Counted from the first letter of the stretch, positions 29,457-43,556 are shown. The stretch is 64,000 nt of DNA from an uncultured delta proteobacterium (GCA_963713045.1 CAVQKE010000004.1:832001-896000), one strand, 5' to 3'. Notes: a model not told the origin generated them from the letters alone. Numbers and translations are program-made.

Positions 29457-30191
29457 TTATTCGACGCGCAAGATGGCCCCAGGCGGGAGCTCGCGCTGCA
29501 ATCGCGCCACGGCAGCGTCCACCGCCCCCTTCTCCAGGCCTTCGACGGTGACGCGCACCCGATGGTCCGTTCCCGCAGCGTATTGGGGATAGCTTCCGAT
29601 GCCGACACCGGGCATCTGCAGGGCCACTCGGTCCAGAGCGCTGGCAATCTCCGCCTCGCCACGCCCGAGGTACAACGCCCGCTGAAAGACGGTGCGGCCC
29701 GGGAGCGTCCTGAGCACCGTCTCCAGTTGCCGACGAAACAGCGGTGGGATGCCCGGCAAGAGGAAAATGCGGTCACAGGCCAGCACGGGGTACCAGGAGC
29801 CCTCGGTGTGCAGAAGCTGCGTACCCTCCGGCGCCTCCGTCAAGCGCAAGACTTCCGGCGTATGGACTTCTGGGTAATGCGCCTCCAGAAGCGCGAGCAT
29901 CTCCGGCAGGCGAACCACCCGCCGCCCAAGCGCCAGGGCTACCGCGCGCACCGTGACGTCGTCATGGGTGGGCCCGATGCCCCCGGAGGTAAACAGCCAT
30001 CTCGCCTGCCGGCGTGCCTGCACCACCGCGTCAACAATGGCGCCGACCTCGTCGGGGATGACGCAAAGCGAGCTGAGCCCGATGCCATGCTCCCGCAAGC
30101 GTTGGATGAGGTAAGCGCCGTTTTCGTCGACCACTTGGGCGTTGAGCACCTCATTCCCAATGATGACCGCTGCAGCAAGGCTCGTTTCCAT
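29457..30191 (-). CDS. CinA-like molybdopterin-binding-domain protein
   Basis: IIGNEVL..DEN, IPDE, TSGGIGPTHDDVT, LPGIP, IGSYP. Confidence 0.85.
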   Translation of the reverse strand: METSLAAAVIIGNEVLNAQVVDENGAYLIQRLREHGIGLSSLCVIPDEVGAIVDAVVQARRQARWLFTSGGIGPTHDDVTVRAVALALGRRVVRLPEMLALLEAHYPEVHTPEVLRLTEAPEGTQLLHTEGSWYPVLACDRIFLLPGIPPLFRRQLETVLRTLPGRTVFQRALYLGRGEAEIASALDRVALQMPGVGIGSYPQYAAGTDHRVRVTVEGLEKGAVDAAVARLQRELPPGAILRVE

Positions 30192-30222
30192 GACGCCCTA
30201 GGGCAAACCCAACTTTTCTAGC

Positions 30223-30870
30223 CTAGCGCAAGCGCTGCGGTGGCCGGGCAGGCCGGCGGCCGAGGACCTTCTCGACGGCGGCGAGCACCTGGGCCGCGAC
30301 AGCGTCGACTGTCAGCTCCCCGTCGAGCCGGCGAACGTGGTGCTTCCGGCCATCGCGCCTCAGCACGGCGTCGTAGGCCCGGGCCACCGCGGCCTGGGTG
30401 CGGGCGTCGTCAAACCGCTCGGCGCGGCCGCCTCGGCGGCGGCGCCGGGCAGCGGCCACCCGAGGCCGCACCTCCAGGAAAATCGTCAAGTCCGGGGCAG
30501 GAGCTTTTGCATTCAGCGCCTGCAGCCACTGCTGGTCCAGCACGCGGCCCTGGTATGCGAACGAACTGAGAACGTAGCGGTCCGACACAACGACGGCGCC
30601 GGAGGCCAAGGCTGGCTCCACCGTGGACGCCAAGTGGTCCAGTCGGTCAGCGGCGAACAACAGCGCCAGCGCCGCCTCCGACAGCCCCTGGGCGCCCCCC
30701 CGCCTCAGCGCCTGACGCAGGAGCTGCCCCACTCGGCCTGAGGAGGGCTCGCGGGTGAGGACCACCGCGTGGCCACCCCGGCGAAGCGCCCGGGAGAGGC
30801 GCGCCGCCTGAGTGGTGGTGCCCGCCCCGTCCAGCCCCTCTAGAACGACGAAACGCCCCCGTCGCCTCAT
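30223..30870 (-). CDS. tmk: Thymidylate kinase
   Basis: LEGLDGAGTTTQ, TREP, LLFAADR, SDRY..SSFAYQG, PDLTIFL. Confidence 0.93.
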   Translation of the reverse strand: MRRRGRFVVLEGLDGAGTTTQAARLSRALRRGGHAVVLTREPSSGRVGQLLRQALRRGGAQGLSEAALALLFAADRLDHLASTVEPALASGAVVVSDRYVLSSFAYQGRVLDQQWLQALNAKAPAPDLTIFLEVRPRVAAARRRRRGGRAERFDDARTQAAVARAYDAVLRRDGRKHHVRRLDGELTVDAVAAQVLAAVEKVLGRRPARPPQRLR

Positions 30871-31226
30871 CGCGGCAGCAGCGAGCCCGGGTCGTCCAGG
30901 TGCAGCGAGTGGCGCACGCCCTTCAAGGACTCGAAGAGGGCCAGCTCTCGGACCAGTTCACGCTTTCCGCGCCGGTATTGGACGGCTGCGTACACCACCA
31001 ACCCGACGGCCACCAGCAAGGCGAGGAGCCCCCAAAACGGAAACCGAATGGAGTCCCAAAACAACTTGGCTGCAGCGCCGGTGAAGATGAAGGCCGCCAC
31101 CAGGGAGACTCCGGTGTGGGCGAAGTGGACGGTGCTGGTGCGGGAGGCCAACTGGGCGCGGAGACTTTCCAATTCGGCGCGGGCGGCGTCGCCGGCACGG
31201 GGGCCTGGTGGGTCAGAGGAGACCAC
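30867..31226 (-). CDS. Small membrane protein (2 TM), hypothetical
   Basis: Two hydrophobic segments; stop overlaps tmk start; start uncertain (31226 or 31265). Confidence 0.6.
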   Translation of the reverse strand: MVSSDPPGPRAGDAARAELESLRAQLASRTSTVHFAHTGVSLVAAFIFTGAAAKLFWDSIRFPFWGLLALLVAVGLVVYAAVQYRRGKRELVRELALFESLKGVRHSLHLDDPGSLLPR

Positions 31227-31274
31227 GGGGAGGCGTACCCTACTCCAGCCACCGGGCACAGCCACAAGCCCCGT

Positions 31275-31820
31275 CTAGAGTTCTGCGCCCAAGACGGAGC
31301 CGCAGCCCAAGCACCGGCGGCCCGGCACAGTGCGAACTCCGCACTGTGCGCAGCGCACCCAGGCCTCGGTGTCCACGGCTGAGGCACCTCGCGGCGCCGG
31401 TTGACTCCACGGCAGGCGCAGGCCACAGCGCTCGCACAGCAGCCCCGTGGCCTGGACGTTTCGGCAGTAGCGACACGTCACCGCAGCCAGGGTGGGAGGC
31501 GTGCGCTGGCCATCAGGCGCCTCGCGTCCGGTGTCCAAGTCGACGAGGCCGCCCGCCACCACGTCGGGCACCTCGGCAGCCCGGTTCCTCTCCCATTCCA
31601 CTTCTGACCAAGTCTCTGGCACGTCCGCCGACGCGAAGCGGGTGGACTCCAACTCGGGAAATGCAATGGCCGGCGTGGGGCCCACGGCAGTCGGCGCAGT
31701 CTCGAGGTCGGTCAACGGCACCACCGGCACCGCCGGGGCGCCCGTCACCGGCAGGGCGTGACCACACACCTCGCAGACGCTGGTCACGAGGGGCGTCTCG
31801 CAGAGTGGGCAGATGCTCAT
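31275..31820 (-). CDS. Triple zinc-ribbon protein, hypothetical
   Basis: Three CxxC pairs: CPLC/CEVC, CRYC/CERC, CAQC/CLGC. Confidence 0.7.
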   Translation of the reverse strand: MSICPLCETPLVTSVCEVCGHALPVTGAPAVPVVPLTDLETAPTAVGPTPAIAFPELESTRFASADVPETWSEVEWERNRAAEVPDVVAGGLVDLDTGREAPDGQRTPPTLAAVTCRYCRNVQATGLLCERCGLRLPWSQPAPRGASAVDTEAWVRCAQCGVRTVPGRRCLGCGSVLGAEL

Positions 31821-31829
31821 GCTGCAAGC

Positions 31830-32465
31830 CTACCAGCGCTGGCCCATCCCGCCTCGCGTCATCGGCACGAAGCGCACGGCCAGCAGCCTCTCGGTGTCAA
31901 AGGAGTCGTCGCGATGTCGGATGATGCGCACCAGTTCCTGGGTTCCATGCGGTGGACCTACTGGGCCGACCAATCGGCCACCCAGGCGAAGCTGCCCGAG
32001 GAGGGCCCTTGGGACTTCCTCGGGAGCAGCGGTGAGGATGATGGCGTCGAAGGGTGCGGCCTCCGGCCAGCCGAGCCATCCATCGCCAACCCGCGTGTGG
32101 AGGTTGTGGGCGAAGCGTTGGCTGAGGCGCAACGCCGCCCGCTCAGCGAGGGCAGGACGAACTTCCACCGTATAGACGTCGGCCCCCAGGCCGAGCAAAA
32201 CGGCCGTTTGGTACCCGGAGCCGGTTCCCACCTCCAGGACGCGCTCGCCCGGACGAAGTCCTAGCGCCTCCGTCATCTTCGCTACCACGTACGGCTGGCT
32301 GATGGTTTGCGCCTCACCAATGGGCAACGCCTCATCGCGCCAAGCTCGGGCACGTTCGTCAGCTTCGACGAAGTCGGCTCGGTGTAGGTCCGCCATCGCG
32401 CCCAGCACGCGCTCGTCTTGGATTCCCTGCGCGCGCAGCGCCTCCATCAATCGGGGGTCTTCCAT
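31830..32465 (-). CDS. pcm: Protein-L-isoaspartate O-methyltransferase
   Basis: QTISQPYVVA, VLEVGTGSGYQTA, GDGWLGWPEAAPFDAI, VRFVPM. Confidence 0.95.
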   Translation of the reverse strand: MEDPRLMEALRAQGIQDERVLGAMADLHRADFVEADERARAWRDEALPIGEAQTISQPYVVAKMTEALGLRPGERVLEVGTGSGYQTAVLLGLGADVYTVEVRPALAERAALRLSQRFAHNLHTRVGDGWLGWPEAAPFDAIILTAAPEEVPRALLGQLRLGGRLVGPVGPPHGTQELVRIIRHRDDSFDTERLLAVRFVPMTRGGMGQRW

Positions 32466-32488
32466 CGCCAGCTCCCCCAGCAGCCTAC

Positions 32489-35023
32489 CTAGCCCACCTC
32501 CGCCAGAGCCAGGCGACCCTCCCAGCGCTCTTCCAGGGCACGGACCAACGGTGCGTGCTCGGGCCGGGTGAGACTCGGGTCAGCCTCGGCGATGGAACGC
32601 GCCTCTTCCGCAGCGACGGCGGACAGCGCCTGGTCGCGCGCCAAGTTTGCAACCGCAAGCTCCGGGACTCCACTTTGGCGCGTGCCGAGAAACTCGCCCT
32701 GGCCCCGCATCTCGAGGTCGCGCTGTGCGACGACAAACCCGTCACCCGTTTCCTCGAGAACTCTCAGTCGGGCCAGCGCCTCGAGGCCGCCGGTGAAGCC
32801 GGCCAACAGAAAACAGTGTCCGGACGCCATCCCTCGCCCCACCCGGCCGCGCAGCTGGTGCAGTTGCGACAACCCAAAGCGCTCGGCCGACTCGACCAGC
32901 ATGACGGTTGCATTCGCCACGTCCACTCCCACCTCGACGACGGTGGTGCACACCAAAATCTGCACCTCCCCGCGGCGGAACGCATCCATCGTTTCTGCCT
33001 TCTCATCGGGCGCCATCTGTCCATGGAGCAGCCGGACGCGCGCCGAGGGAAAGGCCGCCTGCAACTCTGCAGCACCCCGGGTGGCGTCACCCAGGTCGAC
33101 CTTTTCCGAGGCCTCCACCAGCGGGTAAAGCACGTAGGCCTGGTGGCCGCGTGCCAACTCGTCCGCCATCGCCGCCCACACCCGTGCACGGTCCTTGGCC
33201 GCGAGGACGCGCGTGACGATGGGCGTTCGTCCAGGCGGCAGCTCATCGAGGACACTGAGGTCGAGGTCTCCGTACAACGTCATCGCCAACGTTCGAGGGA
33301 TGGGCGTTGCAGTCATCACCAGCACGTCCGGTCGCGGCCCCTTCCCGGCCAGCGCCTGACGCTGAAGCACTCCGAAGCGGTGTTGCTCATCAATGAGGGC
33401 CAGGCCGAGTCGGTGAAACGTCGCGCCATCCTGAATCAGCGCCTGCGTCCCAACGGCGATTGCCGCCCGTCCAGAGGCAACCTGGGCCCGGGCGCGCCGT
33501 CGGTCTGCGGCAGGGCCAGTCCCCGTCACCAGCGCCACCTCCACTCCGAGAGGCTTCAGCAGCCTCGCCAGCGTGGTGGCGTGTTGGGCGGCGAGGATTT
33601 CCGTGGGTGCCATCAGCGCCACCTGCCAACCGTCCAGCACGGCAAGTGCGGCGGCCATCGCCGCGACCGCCGTCTTCCCAGAACCCACGTCGCCTTGGAG
33701 GAGTCGGTGCATCGGCTCCGGGCGCGCCATGTCCCGTGCGATTTCACCAAAGGCCCGCTCCTGAGCGCCGGTGGGCCTGAAGGGGAGAAGCCCCCGAGCG
33801 CGCGACAGCCGCTCTTGGTCCACCTGAAAGCGAATGCCCGGGCTCCGCTTCACGCCCTGCCGGCGAAGCGCCAAGCCGAGGTGAAGGAAAAAGAGTTCGT
33901 CGAAAGCCAGGCGCCGGTGGGCGGCACCCTGGTGCGCATCCAGCTCGGCAAGGTCGTCTTCATCCAAGGGATGGTGCAGCCGCAGCAGCGCCTGCGAGAG
34001 CGGCAACAACCCCAGCCGGCGCAGCAGGGGAGAAGGGAGCGGGTCTGGCACCGCGGAGCTCGCGTCCCGCGAGATTCCATGGGCCAGAGCACGAATTTGA
34101 CGTTGCTCGTGCCTTTCGAAGCCTGGGTACAAAGGCACAATCCGCCCGAAGTGGACGCCTGCTCCCTGCCCTTCATCGGCCGGTTCCACCTCCGGGTGCA
34201 CCATTTCCCGTCCAACCGGCGAGCTGCGGAGCTCGCCCGAGACAATCAACCTCTGCCCCAGCGGAAAGCGGGCCTTCATCCAGGGCCCTGTCTGGAAATA
34301 GGTGAGAGCGATGCTGCCGGTGCTGTCCGCCAGCACCGCCCGGAAGACGCGGCGACCCGGGCGAAGCGACACTTCTCCCGCGGCACGCACCGTGCCCACC
34401 GTCACTCCTCGCATTCCAGGCACCAGCTCCCGAAGCGTGGAGAGCCGGCGGCGGTCCTCGTAGCCTCGGGGCAGCAAGAAGAGGATGTCACCCACCCGCA
34501 ACAGGCCCTTCTTCTCCAGCGCGCCGAGGAGCCGGGGGTTGATGCGGATGCCGGAGCGCCGCAGCGGGACCGCCAGCGGTCCGTTGGTCGGCGCGATGGA
34601 AAGTGTCCGCAGAGCGGGCGGCGGCTCGGCCTCCGGCTTCTTCGTCTGGCGACTGCGCCCCTTGGCGGCACTCGCCGGGGCCGCTGCCGCGGGGACGGAG
34701 GAGGCCGAAGGCTCGACTGGCAGGACTGGGCGGCCGGAGTCAGCGACGGCCACGGCGCCCGGGCCGTTGACCGGGGCCGCCTGGACGCACTCGGCGAGTC
34801 GACGCAGCGCCGTCGCCTGCGCGTCGAGGGAGGCTCCGCGGGTCGCAGCGAGCGCATCCGACAGAAGCCGCACCTCTGCGGCCGGTGCGCCGCCGGCGCG
34901 AGCCTCTTTCAAGGAGGCTTCGAGGAGTCCCGTCAACCCGCGCACCCGTCCGAGCGCGCGAAAGTCGCGTTGGGCAAGAAAACGAAGCGGGACAGCCAAA
35001 CGGCTGAAGTGGGGGCGGCCCAT
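32489..35023 (-). CDS. recG: ATP-dependent DNA helicase RecG
   Basis: RLLQGDVGSGKT, MAPTEILA, IDEQHRFGV, MTATPIPRTL, QLHQLRGRVGRG. Confidence 0.96.
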   Translation of the reverse strand: MGRPHFSRLAVPLRFLAQRDFRALGRVRGLTGLLEASLKEARAGGAPAAEVRLLSDALAATRGASLDAQATALRRLAECVQAAPVNGPGAVAVADSGRPVLPVEPSASSVPAAAAPASAAKGRSRQTKKPEAEPPPALRTLSIAPTNGPLAVPLRRSGIRINPRLLGALEKKGLLRVGDILFLLPRGYEDRRRLSTLRELVPGMRGVTVGTVRAAGEVSLRPGRRVFRAVLADSTGSIALTYFQTGPWMKARFPLGQRLIVSGELRSSPVGREMVHPEVEPADEGQGAGVHFGRIVPLYPGFERHEQRQIRALAHGISRDASSAVPDPLPSPLLRRLGLLPLSQALLRLHHPLDEDDLAELDAHQGAAHRRLAFDELFFLHLGLALRRQGVKRSPGIRFQVDQERLSRARGLLPFRPTGAQERAFGEIARDMARPEPMHRLLQGDVGSGKTAVAAMAAALAVLDGWQVALMAPTEILAAQHATTLARLLKPLGVEVALVTGTGPAADRRRARAQVASGRAAIAVGTQALIQDGATFHRLGLALIDEQHRFGVLQRQALAGKGPRPDVLVMTATPIPRTLAMTLYGDLDLSVLDELPPGRTPIVTRVLAAKDRARVWAAMADELARGHQAYVLYPLVEASEKVDLGDATRGAAELQAAFPSARVRLLHGQMAPDEKAETMDAFRRGEVQILVCTTVVEVGVDVANATVMLVESAERFGLSQLHQLRGRVGRGMASGHCFLLAGFTGGLEALARLRVLEETGDGFVVAQRDLEMRGQGEFLGTRQSGVPELAVANLARDQALSAVAAEEARSIAEADPSLTRPEHAPLVRALEERWEGRLALAEVG

Positions 35024-35083
35024 GGGCTTCCTGTATTCTAACGGAGCCTCCCACCAGCCCTGGTGTTCCTCCCCGGGAGGCCC

Positions 35084-35593
35084 CTAGCCAGTGGTGTCTT
35101 CGTCGTCTGCTGCTTCGTCGAAGGTGATTGCCCCGATTTCGACCTCGCGGCTGCCACCAGGGCTCTGCACCGAAGCGGAGTCGCCTACTTGCTTGCCAAT
35201 CAATGCCCGGGCGAGTGGGGACGTCACGGAAATGTGGCGCTTCTTTATGTCGGCCTCAATCTCTCCGACAATGCGGTAGCTCACCGACTTCTCCGTCTCC
35301 TGGTCCACCACCGTCACGGTGGCACCGAAGATGACACGGTCGCCGCCCAGCTTGCGCGTGTCGATGACCTCGGCCCGGGAAATCCAGTTATTGAGGTCGA
35401 GGATGCGACCCTCAATGTGCGACTGCTTCTCCTTGGCAGCGTGGTATTCCGCGTTCTCGCGCAAATCGCCGTGGCCGCGAGCGACTTCGATTTCCCGGGA
35501 GATGCGGAGTCGCTCCACCGTCTGAAGCTGTTTCAACTCAGCCTTGAGCCGACGCAGACCCGCTGCCGTGATGGGGATGGAGTCACTGCTCAT
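35084..35593 (-). CDS. greA: Transcription elongation factor GreA
   Basis: ARGHGDLRENAEYHAAKE, ISVTSPLARALIGK. ATG at 35593. Confidence 0.95.
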   Translation of the reverse strand: MSSDSIPITAAGLRRLKAELKQLQTVERLRISREIEVARGHGDLRENAEYHAAKEKQSHIEGRILDLNNWISRAEVIDTRKLGGDRVIFGATVTVVDQETEKSVSYRIVGEIEADIKKRHISVTSPLARALIGKQVGDSASVQSPGGSREVEIGAITFDEAADDEDTTG

Positions 35594-35693
35594 GGGCGTC
35601 CACGTCTCCTCGGAGGCGAGCCGCTCAGGATAGAGAGGAAGCATGGCCCCGGGCAATTCCCGGCCGCCTGTTTCTCGACAACCGCTGCGCCCC

Positions 35694-38918
<3,225 letters not shown>

Positions 38919-39025
38919 CGGGCCGGGGCGTGTACCACGAAGCGGCAACGGGGGGGCAGACTGCCGCCCCGACTTCGTCCAAGGACGGCCCCCGAGCCCA
39001 GGACGGCCGCCCGCGACGCCCTCAG

Positions 39026-40225
39026 TCAGCCGGTAAGGCCGCCCACGAAGTCACGCAGCCGCGCGAGGCCCTTCTCGATTGTGGCCCGCGAGGCGGCAAA
39101 GCTGAAACGCAGGTGCCCCTCGCCCCCAAAGGGAGTTCCCGGGACCGCCGCCAGTCGGTAGTCGTCGAGGAGGACCTGGGAGAGGCGCAGCGAGTTCTCG
39201 AGCGGCTTGCCCCGGTGCCGCTTTCCCAACAGGCCCTGGAAGCTGGGGAAGAGGTAGAAGGCGCCTTCCGGAGGCCGAAGCCGTACGCCAGGCAGTGCCT
39301 GCATCCCGGCCACGAAGATGTCGCGACGCACCAGGAATTCCCGGGCCATCAGCTCGAGCGTGTCCATCGGTCCTCGCAGCGCCGCCACCGCGGCCCGCTG
39401 CCCAATGCTCGAAGCGTTGGAGGTCGACTGGTCCTGCAGCATCGACATGGCCGAGATGAGTGGCTTTGGACCCGCGGCGTAGCCCAGCCGCCAGCCCGTC
39501 ATCGCGAAGGCCTTGCTCATTCCATTGACAACCAGCGTCCGGTCCGCGAGGCCGGGCGCGACGTTGAGCACCTGCACGAAGGGCCGCCCGGTGTAGAGCA
39601 GCTTCTCGTAGATGTCGTCCGTCACCACCAACACCTCCGGACGCCGCTCGAGCACGTCTGCCAGCGCGGCCAGCGCCTCGGCCGAAAGCACGGCGCCGGT
39701 CGGGTTGGAAGGGCTATTGAGGACGACGGCGCGTGTTCGCGGGCTCAGCGCCCGGGCGAAGAGTTCCGGGTCCGGCACCCAGCCATCCGCCTCACGCGTC
39801 TGGACAAAGACCGGCCGGCCACCCGCCAGCAACACCATCTCCGGGTAACTCATCCAGGCAGGATTGAAGATGATGACTTCGTCGCCCTCGTCCACCACCG
39901 CCTGGAAGAAGTTGTACAGGCACTGCTTCGCCCCGTTGCTCACCAACACCTGCTCCGGGGTGTAGGTCAATGCGTTGTCGCTCTTGAGCTTGTCGCAGAT
40001 GGCCGCCCGCAACTCCGGTATACCGGCGGTTGCCGTGTACTTGGTGAAGCCCTCCTCCAGTGCCTGCACCGCCGCCCGTTTGATGTGCTCGGGGGTGTCG
40101 AAGTCCGGCTCGCCGGCGGCGAAACCAACCACATCTTCGCCGGCGGCGGCGAGCGCCTTGGCGCGGGCGTTGAGGGCAAGCGTGGGCGAGGGCTGAATGT
40201 CTTTGAGGCGGCGAGCCAGCTTCAT
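39026..40225 (-). CDS. PLP-dependent aminotransferase class I/II (aspartate aminotransferase-like)
   Basis: [36 protein letters not shown] at 40225. Confidence 0.92.
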   Translation of the reverse strand: MKLARRLKDIQPSPTLALNARAKALAAAGEDVVGFAAGEPDFDTPEHIKRAAVQALEEGFTKYTATAGIPELRAAICDKLKSDNALTYTPEQVLVSNGAKQCLYNFFQAVVDEGDEVIIFNPAWMSYPEMVLLAGGRPVFVQTREADGWVPDPELFARALSPRTRAVVLNSPSNPTGAVLSAEALAALADVLERRPEVLVVTDDIYEKLLYTGRPFVQVLNVAPGLADRTLVVNGMSKAFAMTGWRLGYAAGPKPLISAMSMLQDQSTSNASSIGQRAAVAALRGPMDTLELMAREFLVRRDIFVAGMQALPGVRLRPPEGAFYLFPSFQGLLGKRHRGKPLENSLRLSQVLLDDYRLAAVPGTPFGGEGHLRFSFAASRATIEKGLARLRDFVGGLTG

Positions 40226-40314
40226 GGTGTCGCCACTGGCTATACAAGGGCACCCCGACGCAGGACAAGCCGGGCCCCTGGGCCGAGCCGTCCTAGGAAA
40301 GCCCTCGACTGCCG

Positions 40315-40794
40315 TCACTGCCTGGGAAAGCGCTCGCGCAGTTTGCGAAAGACGTTGGGAGGCACCAGACCCTCCACGTCGCCACCGAGCGAGGCCACTT
40401 CCCGCACCAGCTGCGAGGAGATGTAGAAGCTGTCCTGCCCGGTCATCATGAAAACCGACTCGAACTGGCTATCAAGCTCCCGATTCATGTTGGCCAGTTG
40501 AAATTCATACTCGAAGTCGGACGCGGCCCTCAGCCCCCGTAGCACCAGGTGGATGCCTTTGCGCCGGGTGTAGTGCACCAGGAGACCCTGGAAGTCGTCC
40601 ACCTCCACCCTCGGGTCCGGACAAGCCTCCCGAATGAGCTGCCGCCGCTCGTCGACGGAGAACATCGGCGTCTTCTTGGGGTTGTCCAACACTGCCACCA
40701 CCAGCCGGTCAAACACCTTCAGTCCGCGCTGGATGATGCTGAGGTGTCCATTGGTCAACGGGTCAAAGGAGCCGGGATAGATGGCGACGGCCAT
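40315..40794 (-). CDS. coaD: Phosphopantetheine adenylyltransferase
   Basis: [32 protein letters not shown]. Confidence 0.96.
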   Translation of the reverse strand: MAVAIYPGSFDPLTNGHLSIIQRGLKVFDRLVVAVLDNPKKTPMFSVDERRQLIREACPDPRVEVDDFQGLLVHYTRRKGIHLVLRGLRAASDFEYEFQLANMNRELDSQFESVFMMTGQDSFYISSQLVREVASLGGDVEGLVPPNVFRKLRERFPRQ

Positions 40795-40832
40795 GGGGGT
40801 TCCTGGAGTGTCTGCAGGGCGTTTGGGTGGCG

Positions 40833-41393
40833 TCAAGGCTGAGGGGCCGGCGCGGCCCGGTAGAAGCTCAGCACCGTATCCCCGAAGCGACGCTGGTCCA
40901 CCCGGAAAAGCGTCAGGGCGGCCTCGGGAAGTGCTTCCCGGCGGTCGTGTTCAACCACCAGCGTGCCGCTCTCGGTCAGCAGCGGCCCCACCGCCCCGAC
41001 CACCCAGCCGCCCGCCTGCGCTGCATAGGGTGGGTCGGCGAAGGCCAATCCGAACCGGCGGCCTTCTCGTTCCAGCCGTTCCACGGCCCGCTCAACCCGG
41101 AGCCGGAGCACCTCGACCTGAGCCTCGAAGCCAAGCGCCGCGGCGTTTTTCCGGCACAGCTCGGCCGCCTCAGCGGCGGCTTCCACCAGCACGGCGCGCT
41201 CGGCGCCTCGGGACAGGGCCTCCAAGGCGAGCGCGCCGGTCCCGGCGTAGAGGTCGAGGACTTCACCGCCCGCCAGGCGTTGCCCAAGAACGTTGAAGAG
41301 CGATTCGCGCACGCGGTCCGCCGTGGGGCGAGTCGCCGCCGAGCGTGGGGGGAGCAGCCGCCGACCGCGCCTGCTACCGCCGACGATGCGCAT
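40833..41393 (-). CDS. rsmD: 16S rRNA m2G966 methyltransferase RsmD
   Basis: [39 protein letters not shown]; adjacent to coaD. Confidence 0.93.
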   Translation of the reverse strand: MRIVGGSRRGRRLLPPRSAATRPTADRVRESLFNVLGQRLAGGEVLDLYAGTGALALEALSRGAERAVLVEAAAEAAELCRKNAAALGFEAQVEVLRLRVERAVERLEREGRRFGLAFADPPYAAQAGGWVVGAVGPLLTESGTLVVEHDRREALPEAALTLFRVDQRRFGDTVLSFYRAAPAPQP

Positions 41394-41426
41394 CCACCCC
41401 TCCCGGCGCCCCAGTCCGGGAGGCGC

Positions 41427-42377
41427 TCAGTGCACTTCCCCGGCGTGGGCGTACGTCTCACTCTCGATTTGAATGGTGGTGTGGTCAATCCCATAGCGGC
41501 CGAGGAGCTCCTGCTTGACCGCCGAGAGGATTAGGTCGTTGTTGCACACCATCGGGTCGAGGACGACCAGATGGGCCGAGAGCGCATAGAGGCCGCTCGA
41601 CAACGTCCAAACGTGGAGGTCGTGAACCGCGACCACTCCCTCTGCGCGCTCGAGCAACCCTCGCACCGATTCTAGGTCGACGTGGGCTGGAACCGCCTCG
41701 AGCAGCACGTCCACCGCATCCCGAAGCAGTCGCCAACCTCCCAGGACAATTACCCCCGAGATTGCCAAGGACAGCACCGGGTCCACCCAACGCCAGTCGG
41801 TCAGCGCCATGACACCGGCGCCAAGCAACACGCCGACGCTGGACAGGGTGTCGCCGAGAACATGGAGGTAGGCAGCCCGCGCGCTGAGCGTGTGGCTATG
41901 GTGCAGAAAGCTGACCGCGCCCAGGTTGGCGGACAGGCCAATGGCCGCCACGATGGCCATCGGGAGCACCTGGACGTGCGGGGGGTCACGAAGCCGGAGG
42001 AGGGCCTCGACGACGATGAGCACGGTGATGCCCAGCAGCAGCACCCCGTTGACCAAGGCGCTCAGAATTTCGAGGCGGACGTAGCCGTAGCTACGCCTCG
42101 GGTCGGCCGGACGCCCGGCGAACCAAAGCGCAAGCAGCGACAGCAGCAGCGCGGAGACGTCGGTCAGCATGTGCCCGGCGTCGGACAGCAGGGCCAGCGA
42201 ATGCGTCAGCCAGCCGCCAACGGCTTCCAACACGGCGATGCCAACGGTGAGCGCGAGCGCTCCAAGCATTCGCCGGCGGTCATGCGCCCGGTGGGCCGCG
42301 ACCGCTCCCGCCACGTCTACCGGCGCTGTTCCATCGACAGCCTCAGCAGGGTGGTGGTTGTGCGGTTGGGACGACAG
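41427..42377 (-). CDS. Cation diffusion facilitator (ZitB/CzcD-like Zn/Co/Cd exporter)
   Basis: SLALLSDAGHMLTD, AYLHVLGD, VHDLHVW, HTTIQIE. Start uncertain (CTG 42377 after GGAG, or ATG 42269); the ORF-track extension to 44075 is spurious. Confidence 0.9.
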   Translation of the reverse strand: MSSQPHNHHPAEAVDGTAPVDVAGAVAAHRAHDRRRMLGALALTVGIAVLEAVGGWLTHSLALLSDAGHMLTDVSALLLSLLALWFAGRPADPRRSYGYVRLEILSALVNGVLLLGITVLIVVEALLRLRDPPHVQVLPMAIVAAIGLSANLGAVSFLHHSHTLSARAAYLHVLGDTLSSVGVLLGAGVMALTDWRWVDPVLSLAISGVIVLGGWRLLRDAVDVLLEAVPAHVDLESVRGLLERAEGVVAVHDLHVWTLSSGLYALSAHLVVLDPMVCNNDLILSAVKQELLGRYGIDHTTIQIESETYAHAGEVH

Positions 42378-42542
42378 GTGGGCTCCAGGCCGGCGGATTT
42401 TGCGGTGATGGACTATATATCCACGCGCCACGAGGCCTTGCGAGGCAAGCGCGGCCCGCGACAAAGCGCGCGGCCATGCCTTGACTCGGCTAAACAACCC
42501 TGAAACCGAAGCCAGCGCCTCGGCCACCGTCCCGGGCTGCCC

Positions 42543-43451
42543 TTGTCCCGCCCCCCGCCTACCACCCCACCCGCTCCGAAGCGTGCGCGCAAGAATGGCC
42601 GCCTCTTCTGGACGTCTCAAGGGCGAGGCGCGCCCGCTGTTCTTTTGTGCGACGGCCTCGGGTGCGCTGGCTTCATCTGGCGCTACCTCCAACCGGCGCT
42701 CGCTCAGCACCACCGGGTGGTGCATTGGCACTACCCGGGACACGGCCAGTCGCCCCCCCCAAGGACGCCGCGCGGTTACAGCATCCCCAGCCTGGCCGAT
42801 GACGGGGTCACGGTGCTGGACGCCGCCGACCTTCCGGGCGCAGTGGTCATCGGCCATTCGATGGGCGTCCAGGTGGCGCTGGAGATTCACCGCCGGCACC
42901 GCGCACGGGTGCAGGGCTTGGTCCTGGTTTGCGGCAGCCCGGGACACCCGCTGGACACCTTCCACGACACCAGCGTCCTGCGCTCCGCCTTGCCGGCGCT
43001 TCGTCGGACCGCCGAAGCGGCGCCTCGGGGAGTCTCCGCTCTGGCCCGAGCGATGGTCCGCTCTGGCGTCGCGCTCGAGCTTGCTCTTCTCTTCGAGGTC
43101 AATCCGGAGCTCGTCCATCGCGAAGACCTGGAGCCCTACTTCGAGCACTTTTTGAAGATGGACCCGCGGGTTTTCCTGCGCGCCATGCAGGCCGCCTCGG
43201 AACACAGCGCCGAGGACCATCTGGTTGCGGTGGATGTTCCAACGTTGGTGATTGCCGGCGACCGCGACCGCTTCACTCCAGCCTGGCTCTCCCGGCGGAT
43301 GGCACTCGAAATCCCAGGGGCCGAGCTGCTGATGGTGCCCGGGGGGAGCCACACCACACCGCTGGAAGTGCCGACGCGTCTTCAAAGCGCGGTGGCGGAT
43401 TTTCTGCGCAGGCGGGTGCCCGCGTCCGACACTGAGACGACGCCCGCTTGA
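42543..43451 (+). CDS. Alpha/beta-fold hydrolase
   Basis: GHGQS, nucleophile GHSMG, GDRD, GGSH. Start uncertain. Confidence 0.85.
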   Translation: MSRPPPTTPPAPKRARKNGRLFWTSQGRGAPAVLLCDGLGCAGFIWRYLQPALAQHHRVVHWHYPGHGQSPPPRTPRGYSIPSLADDGVTVLDAADLPGAVVIGHSMGVQVALEIHRRHRARVQGLVLVCGSPGHPLDTFHDTSVLRSALPALRRTAEAAPRGVSALARAMVRSGVALELALLFEVNPELVHREDLEPYFEHFLKMDPRVFLRAMQAASEHSAEDHLVAVDVPTLVIAGDRDRFTPAWLSRRMALEIPGAELLMVPGGSHTTPLEVPTRLQSAVADFLRRRVPASDTETTPA

Positions 43452-43556
43452 GCCGAGGCCAGTGGTGTTGGGCCCCTTCGCCCGGTAGCCGGAGGAGGCC
43501 GGAGGCCCCTCCGCTTGCTTCGCGGAGGCCCGGACGCTACAAGCCGCGCGGCTTTC

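Noticed and set aside
32555..35041. 828-aa plus-strand ORF and similar long antisense ORFs over carB, the HEAT gene, the TPR gene and the kinase
   Set aside because: Antisense shadows of high-GC genes with no recognisable motifs.
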